Assembly: GCF_965196625.1 (NCBI RefSeq)
Contig: NZ_OZ239769.1
Location: 360,001-392,000, forward strand
Direction of reading: 5' to 3'
DNA from: Candidatus Saccharimonadota bacterium
GTDB taxonomy: Bacteria > Bacteroidota > Bacteroidia > Cytophagales > Amoebophilaceae
Length of the DNA stretch: 32,000 nt
The position numbers and the translations under genes are program-made. Position 1 is the stretch's first letter, and the number at the start of each line of letters is the position of its first letter. The notes under the pieces were generated by a model. The model did no database searches. It was not told where the DNA came from and worked only from the letters and a program-made list of their open reading frames with translations. Shown here in pieces: positions 1 through 7,184 of the stretch.

Positions 1-221
1 TCAATCCCTACAATGTTTTGATGCAGTTGGGTCATGCTTTTCCACCAAAAGTCTTGTAGATTGCGTTTGAGCGCTATCCCATACGGACCATAATCATAAA
101 TAGACTGTAAACCATCATAAATTTCACTAGATGGATAGATAAAACCATAGGCTTGCGCATGTGCAATCAATGCTTTAAGAGTATGATTTGACCGATCTAA
201 AGCAGCATCTGTAGGAGACAT
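1..221 (-). CDS. glyQS: glycine--tRNA ligase (dimeric class II GlyQS type), N-terminal 73 codons only; the gene continues left of the window
   Basis: Reverse translation from the ATG at 221-219 gives MSPTDAALDRSNHTLKALIAHAQAYGFIYPSSEIYDGLQSIYDYGPYGIALKRNLQDFWWKSMTQLHQNIVGI. This matches the conserved GlyRS N-terminus (YGF.F.SSEIY.GL....DYGP.G..LK.N....WW). It is absent from the ORF track because the window edge truncates it. Confidence 0.75.
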   Translation of the reverse strand, partial: MSPTDAALDRSNHTLKALIAHAQAYGFIYPSSEIYDGLQSIYDYGPYGIALKRNLQDFWWKSMTQLHQNIVGI

Positions 222-403
222 CTATTTGTTTGGTTGTGGTTTAAGTAAAAACTCGGCTTGTACAGGGCCTCTGGCACCATTAGATGGCATCGTCCAAAGC
301 TAATAATTTTTTTTAAATTAAGTTTAAAAACCAGGCCATTGCAGTATTTCATGAGCTGTCGTTTGCCTGAAAGGTATCCATTTTTTATTTTTAGCTTATC
401 GCT

Positions 404-1153
404 TTGATACAAATAGAAAAACTAGAGCAGAAAATCTTTTTTATATCAGATTTGCATCTGCCCCTTCGGCCCAGTGGCATAGATCGTTCTCCTTGGCTAG
501 AGGATCAGCTATTGGATTGGCTAGACTATATAAAACCACAAGCACAGGCCCTATTTTTATTAGGAGATGTCTTTGACTTTTGGTTTGAGTATAGGTATCT
601 TGTTCCTAAAGGCGCCATTCGGTTTCAGGCAAAAATGTGGGAATTTTATAAAGCGGAAATACCAGTCTATTTTTTTTTAGGGAACCATGATGGCTGGTCC
701 ATAGATTATTTAACACAAGAATGTGGTGTACAGCTATTTAGAAAACCAGCTTCCATTACCATTGCCCATAATCGGTTTTTAGTGGGCCATGGCGATACCA
801 TGCATCCTACCACTGGTTATGCGCTATTGCGTAAATTATACCATAGTAGTTGGCTGCAATCTTTTGTGCGGGCTTTGCCTCCGGATTGGGTCTATAGTAG
901 GGTAGACCGTTATCTTACCAAAAAAAAACATGCAAAGTCTTCGTTTTTCGAAGAAAATGACCGTATATTTCATTATTGCAAGGATAAAATAGAACCTTTT
1001 AATCATCATGAATTTTATATATTTGGCCATACACATTGTCCATATATAAAGGCGTTAAACCATTCAAGCAGGTATTGTAACCTTGGTGCTTGGATCTCGG
1101 ATCGTACCTATGCTTGTTTTGATGGTCTATCCCTTTCATTGCTTAAATTTTAA
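404..1153 (+). CDS. lpxH: UDP-2,3-diacylglucosamine diphosphatase (LpxH, calcineurin-like metallophosphoesterase)
   Basis: The 249-aa ORF has a TTG start. Metallophosphoesterase motifs appear in LpxH order: FISDLHL, LLGDVFDFWFE, FLGNHD, VGHGD, IFGHTH, followed by a C-terminal NLGAW. Length and colinearity fit E. coli LpxH. Confidence 0.75.
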   Translation: MIQIEKLEQKIFFISDLHLPLRPSGIDRSPWLEDQLLDWLDYIKPQAQALFLLGDVFDFWFEYRYLVPKGAIRFQAKMWEFYKAEIPVYFFLGNHDGWSIDYLTQECGVQLFRKPASITIAHNRFLVGHGDTMHPTTGYALLRKLYHSSWLQSFVRALPPDWVYSRVDRYLTKKKHAKSSFFEENDRIFHYCKDKIEPFNHHEFYIFGHTHCPYIKALNHSSRYCNLGAWISDRTYACFDGLSLSLLKF

Positions 1154-1228
1154 TACTATACTGGTACTGCGTATACCATTTAGTAAGCTTTTATTTCAAA
1201 ACTTTTAATGATTAGACCTCTATAGTAC

Positions 1229-2260
1229 ATGGGAATTTGGAGTTATTTTTATATAGATATCGCTGTCGATCTAGGAACAGCCAATACGTTAATCATCCAC
1301 AACGATAAAATTGTTGTAGATGAGCCTTCTATTATTGCAATAGATCGGAATACGAATAAGATGATAGCAGTGGGAAAAGCTGCTATGCAGATGCATGAGA
1401 AAACGCATGATACGATACGTACTATTAAACCGCTCAGGGATGGTGTCATTGCAGACTACCATGCAGCAGAGCTGATGATTCAGGGGATGATCAAGATGTT
1501 ATCTAAAAAGAAACTATCCCTGTTTACACCATTTTTTAATAGAATTATCATTTGCATTCCATCTGGTACCACTGATGTAGAAAAGAGAGCCGTTCGGGAC
1601 TCTGCTGCTCATACAGGTGCCAAAGAGGTTTATATGATTTATGAACCTATTGCGGCTGCTATAGGCATAGGCGTTCAGATTGGAGAGCCTATTGGCTGTA
1701 TGATTGTCGACATTGGCGGCGGTACAACAGAAATAGCGGTTATCTCTTTATCTGGCATTGCATGTGATCAATCCATTAAAGTAGCTGGGAATGCATTCAA
1801 TAAAGATATATTGGACTATATGCGCAAGCAGCACAATCTAGTGATTGGGGAGCGTACGGCAGAACAAATTAAAATAGCCGTAGGCGCTGTTTGGATGGAT
1901 TTAGGTGAACCACCCGCTGATTATGCCGTACATGGCAAAGATCTTATGACTGGTATTCCTAAGATTATATCGGTAAGCTATAGAGAGATAGCCGTTGCTT
2001 TAGAGGAGTCGGCTGTAAGAATTGACGATGCTGTGCTCAAGGCATTGGAAATGGCGCCACCTGAGCTGGCTTCTGATATATACAAAAATGGCATTCATCT
2101 GACAGGAGGTGGCGCTTTATTACGTGGTTTAGATAAACGTTTGCATAATATCACCAAGCTTCCGGTTCATGTTGCAGAAGAGCCTTTACAAGCGGTGGTA
2201 AGGGGTACGGGTACTGCATTAAAAGATATAGAGACCTATCGCAGTGTGCTGATGAATTAA
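1229..2260 (+). CDS. mreB: rod shape-determining actin homologue MreB
   Basis: The 343-aa ORF carries the actin/Hsp70-fold motifs DIAVDLGTANTLI, KPLRDGVIAD, EPIAAAIG, MIVDIGGGTTEIAV and IHLTGGGALLRGLD. No mreC or mreD follows it. Confidence 0.9.
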   Translation: MGIWSYFYIDIAVDLGTANTLIIHNDKIVVDEPSIIAIDRNTNKMIAVGKAAMQMHEKTHDTIRTIKPLRDGVIADYHAAELMIQGMIKMLSKKKLSLFTPFFNRIIICIPSGTTDVEKRAVRDSAAHTGAKEVYMIYEPIAAAIGIGVQIGEPIGCMIVDIGGGTTEIAVISLSGIACDQSIKVAGNAFNKDILDYMRKQHNLVIGERTAEQIKIAVGAVWMDLGEPPADYAVHGKDLMTGIPKIISVSYREIAVALEESAVRIDDAVLKALEMAPPELASDIYKNGIHLTGGGALLRGLDKRLHNITKLPVHVAEEPLQAVVRGTGTALKDIETYRSVLMN

Positions 2261-2304
2261 GGGTCATTAGGATTAAATACTCTATAAAATATTCCCATAC
2301 CATC

Positions 2305-4071
2305 ATGAAAAAATTACCGATTGGTGTTGATAACTTTCAAGAGTTGGTACAAGGTGATTATCTTTTCTGTGATAAGACTGCTATTCTTGCTGAGTTCCTT
2401 GGCAAGGGAGATAAAGTTACGCTTATTGCTCGTCCCCGCCGTTGGGGCAAGACGCTTAATATGTCTATGTTGCAACATTTTTTTGCATCAGAGGTGAATG
2501 GGGTACCTACAGCAGGTTTATTTGATGATCTATCGATTGGCCAGTTAGAAGGTGGTAGGTACATTAGGGAGCATCAAGGCAAGCATCCGGTTATTATGAT
2601 CAGCTTTAAGGATGTACATGCAGATCGTTTTGAAGGAGCTTATAATGCAGTGTATGAAATAATATCAACGCTTTATAGCGCACATACCTATTTATTAAAA
2701 AGTGATAAAATACATGAAGTACAGATTACAAAGCTGTATACTGTTCTCAATAAACAGGCAAATCAACAAGAATTAGAATCATCTTTAAAGTTGCTCAGTC
2801 AATGCCTCTACCAACACCATGGTCAGAAAGTTTATATCTTCATAGATGAATATGATACACCCTTAAACAAGGCTTATGGTAATAAGGCATACTTAGATGC
2901 TATGGTCGCATTTATGCGCAACTTATTTAGTGCTGCTTTAAAAGGTAATACTACCCTAGCAAGAGGGGTGTTAACGGGCATATTGCGTGTTTCTAAAGAT
3001 AGTATGCTTTCTGGGTTGAATAACCTAGAAAGGTATACTTTACTAGATGAAGAATATAGTGCCCATTTTGGCTTTAGTGAAGCAGAAGTTGCCCCTTTAT
3101 TTCGAGCACAATCTCTTAGTACTTCCATGGAGGAAGTAAGAGATTGGTACAATGGATATAAGGTAGGGAACTTGGTGATGTATAATCCATGGTCTATTAT
3201 TTCTTGTATTAATAAAGCGGGCCGTTTTGATGTCTATTGGGTCAATACGGGTAATAATAACTTGATAGAACAAAAAGTACTTACTGCCCATGCGGACATT
3301 AAAGCGCAATTCGAACAGTTGATGCGCGGGGAAGCTTTAGTTATATCTATCAACAAGCATCTTGCTTTTAATATCTTAGATAAAGATGATACCTCTTTTT
3401 GGAGTCTTTTATTGTTTGCTGGTTACTTGACCTTTGAAACCAGTAGTTTGAGTGCCTACACTACCGTGTATGATTGTACAGTCAGAGTACCCAATTATGA
3501 AATATGGCGCCTCTATAGCACATTTTTTCAAGAGTGGTTTGTTAATCAGTTTGAACGAAGGCGACAATATGATGCTTTCGTAAAATATTTAGTAGCTAGT
3601 GATGTTCCTGCTTTTGTCGAACAACTTAGCTACTTTTTACGCCGCAGTGTTAGCTATTTTGATACCAAAAAAAGTAACAAATCAGAGGGGTTTTACCATG
3701 GTTTTGTCTTAGGGATGTTATCAAGCTTGGGTATAACCCATTATATACGTTCCAATCGAGAAAGCGGTTTAGGTCGTTATGATCTTTTGTTAATTCCTAA
3801 AAAAGAAGGCCAAAAGGCGCTATTGTTAGAATTTAAGCAGGTTCGGAAAGAAGAAGAATTGGAAAATGCCTCTAAACTTGCCTTAGCGCAAATACAGACA
3901 CAGGTCTATCATACTGAAATACTACAATATCCCCATGTACAGGAAGTAGTAGAATGCGGTATTGCTTTTTCTGGGAAGTCTGTATTAGCGGCTTACGCAA
4001 CTTATGACATAGTGCGTAAACAGTCTGGAGCAGTGCGTTTAACAGTCAAATATGGACAAGAAGACGGGTAG
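2305..4071 (+). CDS. AAA-ATPase-like domain plus C-terminal PD-(D/E)XK nuclease domain protein (the DUF1703/PDDEXK_9-type architecture common in Bacteroidota)
   Basis: The 588-aa N-terminus MKKLPIGVDNFQELV..YLFCDKTAIL is characteristic of the predicted AAA-ATPase family. It has a P-loop-like RPRRWGKT (aa 43-50) and a Walker-B-like VYIFIDEYD. The C-terminus has GRYDLLLIP...ALLLEFKQV, a D...ExK nuclease signature. Confidence 0.75.
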   Translation: MKKLPIGVDNFQELVQGDYLFCDKTAILAEFLGKGDKVTLIARPRRWGKTLNMSMLQHFFASEVNGVPTAGLFDDLSIGQLEGGRYIREHQGKHPVIMISFKDVHADRFEGAYNAVYEIISTLYSAHTYLLKSDKIHEVQITKLYTVLNKQANQQELESSLKLLSQCLYQHHGQKVYIFIDEYDTPLNKAYGNKAYLDAMVAFMRNLFSAALKGNTTLARGVLTGILRVSKDSMLSGLNNLERYTLLDEEYSAHFGFSEAEVAPLFRAQSLSTSMEEVRDWYNGYKVGNLVMYNPWSIISCINKAGRFDVYWVNTGNNNLIEQKVLTAHADIKAQFEQLMRGEALVISINKHLAFNILDKDDTSFWSLLLFAGYLTFETSSLSAYTTVYDCTVRVPNYEIWRLYSTFFQEWFVNQFERRRQYDAFVKYLVASDVPAFVEQLSYFLRRSVSYFDTKKSNKSEGFYHGFVLGMLSSLGITHYIRSNRESGLGRYDLLLIPKKEGQKALLLEFKQVRKEEELENASKLALAQIQTQVYHTEILQYPHVQEVVECGIAFSGKSVLAAYATYDIVRKQSGAVRLTVKYGQEDG

Positions 4072-4138
4072 GGTACAAAGAACGGATCAAATAAAAAGGT
4101 CGATTAAATGATAAAAAACCAGCTATCTTGCAGTGGGC

Positions 4139-4170
4139 ATCACTGCTTACATCCCTAAATAAGCAGTGAT
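4139..4170. terminator. perfect 11-bp inverted repeat (atcactgctta / taagcagtgat, 10-nt loop) between convergent genes; possible bidirectional terminator
   Basis: Read directly from the sequence. It sits in the 242-bp spacer between the stop of the + strand gene (4071) and the stop of lspA (4314). No clean U-run follows on either strand, so the assignment is weak. Confidence 0.35.
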
Positions 4171-4313
4171 TGAAGTGCATCAAAAAGATGATCAAAATCA
4201 ATTTAATATAATGCCACGTAAAAACTTTAGAGTTGGTGCTATGGGTTACTTTCAAGAAGTAGGATAGAAAATAGAATTGCGCGATGGAGGCTCCGGCTGA
4301 AACGATATAAAAA

Positions 4314-4898
4314 TTAAGGTTTCGGGTAAGTAGTTGGACGAAACAAGTATAAAACAATGATTAGCCCAACAGATACCGCTACATCAGCTATATTAAAAAT
4401 AGGCAGGCAATATATATAGTAATCGCCCCAAATAGGTACCCAACTAGGCATAACGCCAGACCAAAGGTCAATATGCAGCATATCAATTACCTGACCATAG
4501 CACCACTTCATAGGTGCATCAGTAGGCCCATTATTCAAATAGACACCATAAAAAATGCTATCTATACTATTGCCAATTGCACCGCCTAAAACCGAAGCCC
4601 ATCCGCAGATCCAACCAACAGCTGCTTTTTGTCTTATAGATTGAATGATATACCAAAAGATATATAAAGAAGCTACAGCACGGAATATAGTAATCAATAA
4701 CTTCCCATACTTAAAGCCAAGATGGATGCTAAAAGCCATTCCAGGATTTAAAGTATAGGTAAGCTTGAAAATATTGCCCAAAAGATTGATTTGCCCATCT
4801 GTCCCCATCTCCATATGGGTATGGACCCAAATTTTAGATGCTTGGTCTGCAAAAATAATCAACAATACAATAGAAAAATATTTTAGAAACGGTTTCAT
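4314..4898 (-). CDS. lspA: lipoprotein signal peptidase II, downstream copy of a tandem pair
   Basis: The 194-aa ORF has the LspA signature residues ADQASK (TM1 Asp), NPGMAFS, GGAIGNSIDS (Asn/Asp) and FNIADVAV (Asn-x-Ala-Asp). A long insertion lies between the last two motifs. It has four hydrophobic segments. Confidence 0.85.
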   Translation of the reverse strand: MKPFLKYFSIVLLIIFADQASKIWVHTHMEMGTDGQINLLGNIFKLTYTLNPGMAFSIHLGFKYGKLLITIFRAVASLYIFWYIIQSIRQKAAVGWICGWASVLGGAIGNSIDSIFYGVYLNNGPTDAPMKWCYGQVIDMLHIDLWSGVMPSWVPIWGDYYIYCLPIFNIADVAVSVGLIIVLYLFRPTTYPKP

Positions 4899-4908
4899 AT
4901 AGAGAAAT

Positions 4909-5520
4909 TTATACGATCAGATCGGTGATTTGTTCCTTTTTGTTTGGTGCAGCCAATGCACTAAAGGTGCAAAAAACAAAAGACAATCCGAGGAAAATAG
5001 CCAGATCTGCTATGTTGAAAATAGGCAGGATAGAGAACGCTTGCCCACCCCAAATAGGCACCCAATCGGGTATAACACTAGACCAAAAATCAATATGCAG
5101 CATATCAATCACCTGACCATGGAACCACTTCATTGGTGCGATATCGGGTGCATTATTTAAATAAACACCATAAAAAATACTGTCAATGGTATTGCCAATA
5201 GCACCTCCTAAAAGCAATATCCACCCCCAAATCCAAACAGGGGAGGAGGGCCTATCCAATGATCGAACAATATGCAAGATAATATAAAACGAAGCAAAAA
5301 GACGGACTAAGGTTATCAAAAGTTTTCCATACTTAAAACCAAATTGCAACCCAAAAGCCATGCCATAGTTTAGCACATAGGTAAACTTAAATAAATCGCC
5401 AAAAATTTTAATCTGGTGGTCTGGTCCTAATTGCATATGGGTATGCACCCAAAGCTTACATCCTTGATCCGAAAGAATAATGAGCAATAATCCTAAAATG
5501 TATTTTATATATCGTTTCAT
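4909..5520 (-). CDS. lspA: lipoprotein signal peptidase II, upstream copy of a tandem pair
   Basis: The 203-aa ORF is colinear with the neighbouring copy, at roughly 60% identity by eye. It has SDQGCK, NYGMAFG, GGAIGNTIDS and FNIADLAI. A 10-nt gap separates it from the downstream copy. Confidence 0.85.
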   Translation of the reverse strand: MKRYIKYILGLLLIILSDQGCKLWVHTHMQLGPDHQIKIFGDLFKFTYVLNYGMAFGLQFGFKYGKLLITLVRLFASFYIILHIVRSLDRPSSPVWIWGWILLLGGAIGNTIDSIFYGVYLNNAPDIAPMKWFHGQVIDMLHIDFWSSVIPDWVPIWGGQAFSILPIFNIADLAIFLGLSFVFCTFSALAAPNKKEQITDLIV

Positions 5521-5634
5521 GTTACTAATAACGTGTAGTATACTTTCTTTTTACAATAGACCTTTTTTGAAACCCGATGCTACTAAATGAAAAGCCTGGC
5601 CTAAAAATTTGTCTATGCGCTTCAAATAATAGGC

Positions 5635-6399
5635 TTAAGTTACGTTTTTTTGAGAAAAATCCTTTTGGTAAGCCTTATTGATTTTCTGCAATGGAATGCG
5701 CAGTAAAATATACAAACTATAGCCAAAAGCATGGTCAAACTCTGCTAACCCAAAACCTGGAATATCAAATGGTAAAGCATATAAATTATTTTCTATTTTT
5801 TTATTGAACTTGTAGCGGGCCGTACAGCCAATAGATAGCACGCTAATCAGGCGTACTTTCCCACCTGCCACCACTTCCCACCAATGCGCTATTGCAGTAC
5901 CGCTGCTATTCCGCAAGGAAATGGGTGCTTTGACACATTTAGTTCTGCTAGTTCTGCGCCTTTCATTTGGCGGATGGCTGCACTGTAACTTATCACTTTT
6001 TAATTGAAAATCAAAAAAGCTTCTAGCATACCGAAAGCCTATAAAAAATTGATTCCGATCGAGGGTAGGTGTTAGAAAATTATAATCTAGGCCTATTCTA
6101 AAATATTTACCATTGGCAGATGCAAAGGAGCCTTTGGCTTTTCTCCCGTCACGCTGAATGGTTCCCAATCCATAATCTAGATCCAATAAGATGCGACTAA
6201 AGTCAGTAGACCCATGTATTTCATAGGCACGGCCTGTTTTTTGGTACCAACCCACGCAAGTCTTGGCTACATCTATACCAAGATAGCAAGTAGTGGGCCA
6301 AATGTTATTTCGGGGTGGTTTGTCTTGAGCCACTACATAGTGCGGCGCAACAACATATAAAACCATACAAAAGAGTGGTCTAGTAATATAACGTAACAT
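5635..6399 (-). CDS. hypothetical secreted protein, probable small outer-membrane beta-barrel
   Basis: The 254-aa ORF has an N-terminal signal peptide (MLRYITRPLFCMVLYVVAPHYVVAQ/DK). Alternating hydrophobic beta-strand patterns follow: YLGIDVA, ILLDLDYGLG, YFRIGLDYNF, FFIGFRYARSFFDF, SIGCTARYKF, FGYSLYILLRI. Its start overlaps the upstream lipoprotein gene by 20 nt. From memory it may correspond to the Bacteroidota DUF6048-type family; this is unverified. Confidence 0.5.
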   Translation of the reverse strand: MLRYITRPLFCMVLYVVAPHYVVAQDKPPRNNIWPTTCYLGIDVAKTCVGWYQKTGRAYEIHGSTDFSRILLDLDYGLGTIQRDGRKAKGSFASANGKYFRIGLDYNFLTPTLDRNQFFIGFRYARSFFDFQLKSDKLQCSHPPNERRRTSRTKCVKAPISLRNSSGTAIAHWWEVVAGGKVRLISVLSIGCTARYKFNKKIENNLYALPFDIPGFGLAEFDHAFGYSLYILLRIPLQKINKAYQKDFSQKNVT

Positions 6400-6925
6400 G
6401 CGTTTGAGCTTTCTCTTCCTTTAAAGGAATTGGATTTTCAATTTTATATTCCTTGAAAATAGCTTTTTTATTATCTTTAGGAATCAATTTTATATCTTTA
6501 ATCGTATATTGTACTTGCAGTCCTCCAGCTTCATGGGAGATCAAAGATAGCGTACGTTTATAGCATATAACCACTTTGTGGTAGTACCTATGCCTATCAT
6601 CTTCTAGCTCAAAGCTGACTTCATCGGCATCTGGATCGAGCTGTATATCTAATCCATTTTCTAGCTTAAAGCTTTTATTTATATAAACTGGTTTTTTTAT
6701 TTTTATCAAAAAGGAGTCCGGAACTTTAATGCTACCCAAGTCTTCTGGTTTGTCTAGAATCCATTGATCTTTTTTTTCCTCAAATTTAATTTGAACCTTA
6801 GAGCCGTATTTACTTTCCCAATTTTTAAAGTCTTTACAGGATAGCACCCCCAAAAGGCAGAAGTGCATAAAAGCTTTTCGGAGATATTTAAGCAGGATAC
6901 AAGAAACCGAACAAGACAGAAACAT
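6380..6925 (-). CDS. hypothetical lipoprotein
   Basis: The 181-aa N-terminus has a basic n-region (KYLRK), a hydrophobic core and a lipobox-like GVLS|C (…AFMHFCLLGVLSCKDF). The remainder is hydrophilic and Lys/Glu-rich. It is translationally coupled to the downstream barrel gene through a 20-nt overlap. Confidence 0.5.
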   Translation of the reverse strand: MFLSCSVSCILLKYLRKAFMHFCLLGVLSCKDFKNWESKYGSKVQIKFEEKKDQWILDKPEDLGSIKVPDSFLIKIKKPVYINKSFKLENGLDIQLDPDADEVSFELEDDRHRYYHKVVICYKRTLSLISHEAGGLQVQYTIKDIKLIPKDNKKAIFKEYKIENPIPLKEEKAQTHVTLYY

Positions 6926-7184
6926 CTAAGAAAAAGGTTACAAATAATCGTTACAATGGCTTTAAAAAGGCTATTGGCCATTAGCTTTAGCATTTCAGTT
7001 GCATGGAAAAACTACTCTAAAACAAGCAAAAGGTGGAACAAAAATCCTTTTTTACCACTGACTTGCATAGGTACAAAAAATATAAAAATCAACCATAAAT
7101 TTACATCTTAAAACCATAGCAACCAAATCCACCATGTGCATCAAAGCAGGCTACAAGTGGCTGGTTTTACGCATACCCATCCTT

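Noticed and set aside
197-412. A 71-aa minus-strand ORF between glyQS and lpxH
   Set aside because: It overlaps the glyQS start and the lpxH start in the divergent promoter region and has no recognisable features. It is most likely spurious.
836-1036. Short antisense or alternate-frame ORFs embedded in strongly supported genes
   Set aside because: Each lies wholly inside a longer CDS with clear family motifs on the other strand or frame, and none shows motifs of its own. The ORFs are 836-1036, 1249-1449, 2358-2564, 2874-3309, 4925-5160, 7971-8186, 8832-9017, 9236-9475, 9827-10024, 11961-12158, 12607-13141, 16236-16478, 18300-18572, 19842-20063, 22101-22325, 23094-23797, 24291-24500, 24956-25150, 27832-28050, 28661-28861, 29509-29812 and 30918-31184.
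4046-4357. A 103-aa minus-strand ORF spanning the convergent spacer
   Set aside because: It overlaps the 3' ends of both well-supported neighbours. Its sequence is low-complexity and Phe/Leu/Ile-rich, typical of AT-rich non-coding DNA, and it has no recognisable motifs.
6754-7111. ORFs 6754-6993 (-) and 6863-7111 (+) in the spacer upstream of the lipoprotein gene
   Set aside because: They overlap each other and the lipoprotein gene, are basic and low-complexity, and have no signal or motif. I treat them as non-coding promoter region.
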